Part shown: positions 62,955 through 64,000 of the stretch, in pieces
Position numbering within the stretch: the stretch's first letter is position 1
Layout: each line of letters starts with the position of its first letter
Source of the DNA: an uncultured Acidobacteriota bacterium
GTDB lineage: Bacteria; Acidobacteriota; Blastocatellia; RBC074
Assembly (NCBI GenBank): GCA_963796275.1
Contig: CAWCKY010000004.1
Coordinates: 864,001 to 928,000, forward strand
Direction: 5' to 3'
DNA: 64,000 bases
The notes under the pieces: model-generated
Database searches by the model: none
Told to the model about the DNA's origin: nothing
Seen by the model: only the letters and a program-made list of their open reading frames with translations
Translations under genes and position numbers: made by a program

Positions 62955-64000
62955 TCAACAATCCTTTTGGTTATTTTCACTAATTTCGCGTTCTCTCTTT
63001 TTGAATTCCCCGTGGACCGCGTGCAGACACATCAACGCCTGCAGCGGATGCGCGCCGGCTTTCACCAATACCTCGGCATTGTCGCTTATCTTCACAGTGC
63101 GCCCCACAGAAGCGATGGCGCGCGCGCCTCCCATCTCTTCCGCGTTCAATCCCCACTCGGCCGCGACGCCGTCGAGATCGGTCAGCATGCGGCGCTGCAG
63201 GTCGGAATTGGTACGGACTTCGAAGAGCAGTTTGTTCAATTTGTAGGCCGATGCCGGGGGATGTTGGTAGAACTCGAAGCCCCGGTTTTTGAATTTATAT
63301 CCGCCGTAAATCTCGCCGGCAGCCGCATAACTCGAATCGGCTTTTTGCGGTCTGGCCGGGATGAAACGCATCATAGCGTGCCCGTGGTGCCAGGTGGGCG
63401 TATACTGCAGGAGTTCTCCGCGCCTGTTCCCAATGGCACCGAAAAGAATCGCCCACGTCAGCAGTTCGGTATTGCCGACTTCATCCAATTGTTCGACCGT
63501 CAGATCCAGCACCGCATCAGCATTTCCGCGCTCGAGTTCGCTAATCACCCATCGGTCGAAGGCGAACTCCGGCTGCGGATATTTCCAGGTTCCGGGATAG
63601 TGCGACATTCCGCCGCTCGCCAGGATCGCGACGCGCTCTGGACGAGAAGCGACGATATCGGCGATCGCACGGCCGAGCGCCGCGCATCGCGTCGTGCTGG
63701 GCAATGGCGGCAGATAGACGTTTGTGTGAAATGGAATCACCGGGATATCGCGGCCACCCAGCACAAATTCGAAGGGCACGGCAAATGTGTGACCGAGAAT
63801 GGCGTCTTCCGAATATGCCAGATCGAATTCAGCGCGTATCAGCCGATTCAAAAACTCTTCGGCCATTTCACGGTGAACCGGCACTTCGAATCTCCGCCCC
63901 GCGAACTCGGCAATAGCGTGATTCCCCGCCAGGATTGCGAAAGTGGGTACACAGCCGATCGAAAAGGTCTCGAGGTGATCGCTGCCGAGGAAGATCAGGA
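62955..64000 (-). CDS. class III extradiol dioxygenase, LigB-like domain fused to C-terminal LigA-like domain; 5'-truncated by window edge
   Basis: Frame open to window end (LIFLGSDHLETF...); SGGMSHYPG, FDRWVI, GNTELLTW; C-terminal YKLNKLLFE...WGLNAEE...AGAHPL. Confidence 0.88.
   Translation of the reverse strand, partial: LIFLGSDHLETFSIGCVPTFAILAGNHAIAEFAGRRFEVPVHREMAEEFLNRLIRAEFDLAYSEDAILGHTFAVPFEFVLGGRDIPVIPFHTNVYLPPLPSTTRCAALGRAIADIVASRPERVAILASGGMSHYPGTWKYPQPEFAFDRWVISELERGNADAVLDLTVEQLDEVGNTELLTWAILFGAIGNRRGELLQYTPTWHHGHAMMRFIPARPQKADSSYAAAGEIYGGYKFKNRGFEFYQHPPASAYKLNKLLFEVRTNSDLQRRMLTDLDGVAAEWGLNAEEMGGARAIASVGRTVKISDNAEVLVKAGAHPLQALMCLHAVHGEFKKREREISENNQKDC

Overview
A gene-dense, moderately GC-rich bacterial chromosomal segment. 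Three carboxypeptidase-regulatory-domain TonB-dependent receptors, a proline-rich TonB, a CHAT-TPR protein and the intergenic repeat style suggest Acidobacteriota, possibly Blastocatellia-like (inference). In order it holds: a CHAT/TPR protease locus facing a Glu-type subtilase; a TonB receptor with a secreted NPP1-like/PKD protein; a small decayed accessory patch; housekeeping genes (ABC1 kinase, ribF, MBL hydrolase, DUF1844); a TetR-regulated RND efflux operon with an embedded ornithine-cyclodeaminase-family gene; a lone sucD with a structured leader; peptide and amino-acid catabolism genes; a GAF sigma54 activator; tonB; and tRNA-Lys. After the tRNA comes an accessory stretch (crcB, a TonB receptor between two MITE-like elements, SprT-like protease, Hsp20, ArsR, META protein, PAS kinase). 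The window ends in a probable aromatic-catabolism operon (LigB-LigA fusion dioxygenase, SDR, DUF1932 oxidoreductase, TonB receptor, MetE-like enzyme). No CRISPR array, rRNA, integrase or transposase was seen. Five otherwise intact genes carry single-base frameshifts, probably assembly errors. All family calls come from motif recognition by eye; no database search was run.
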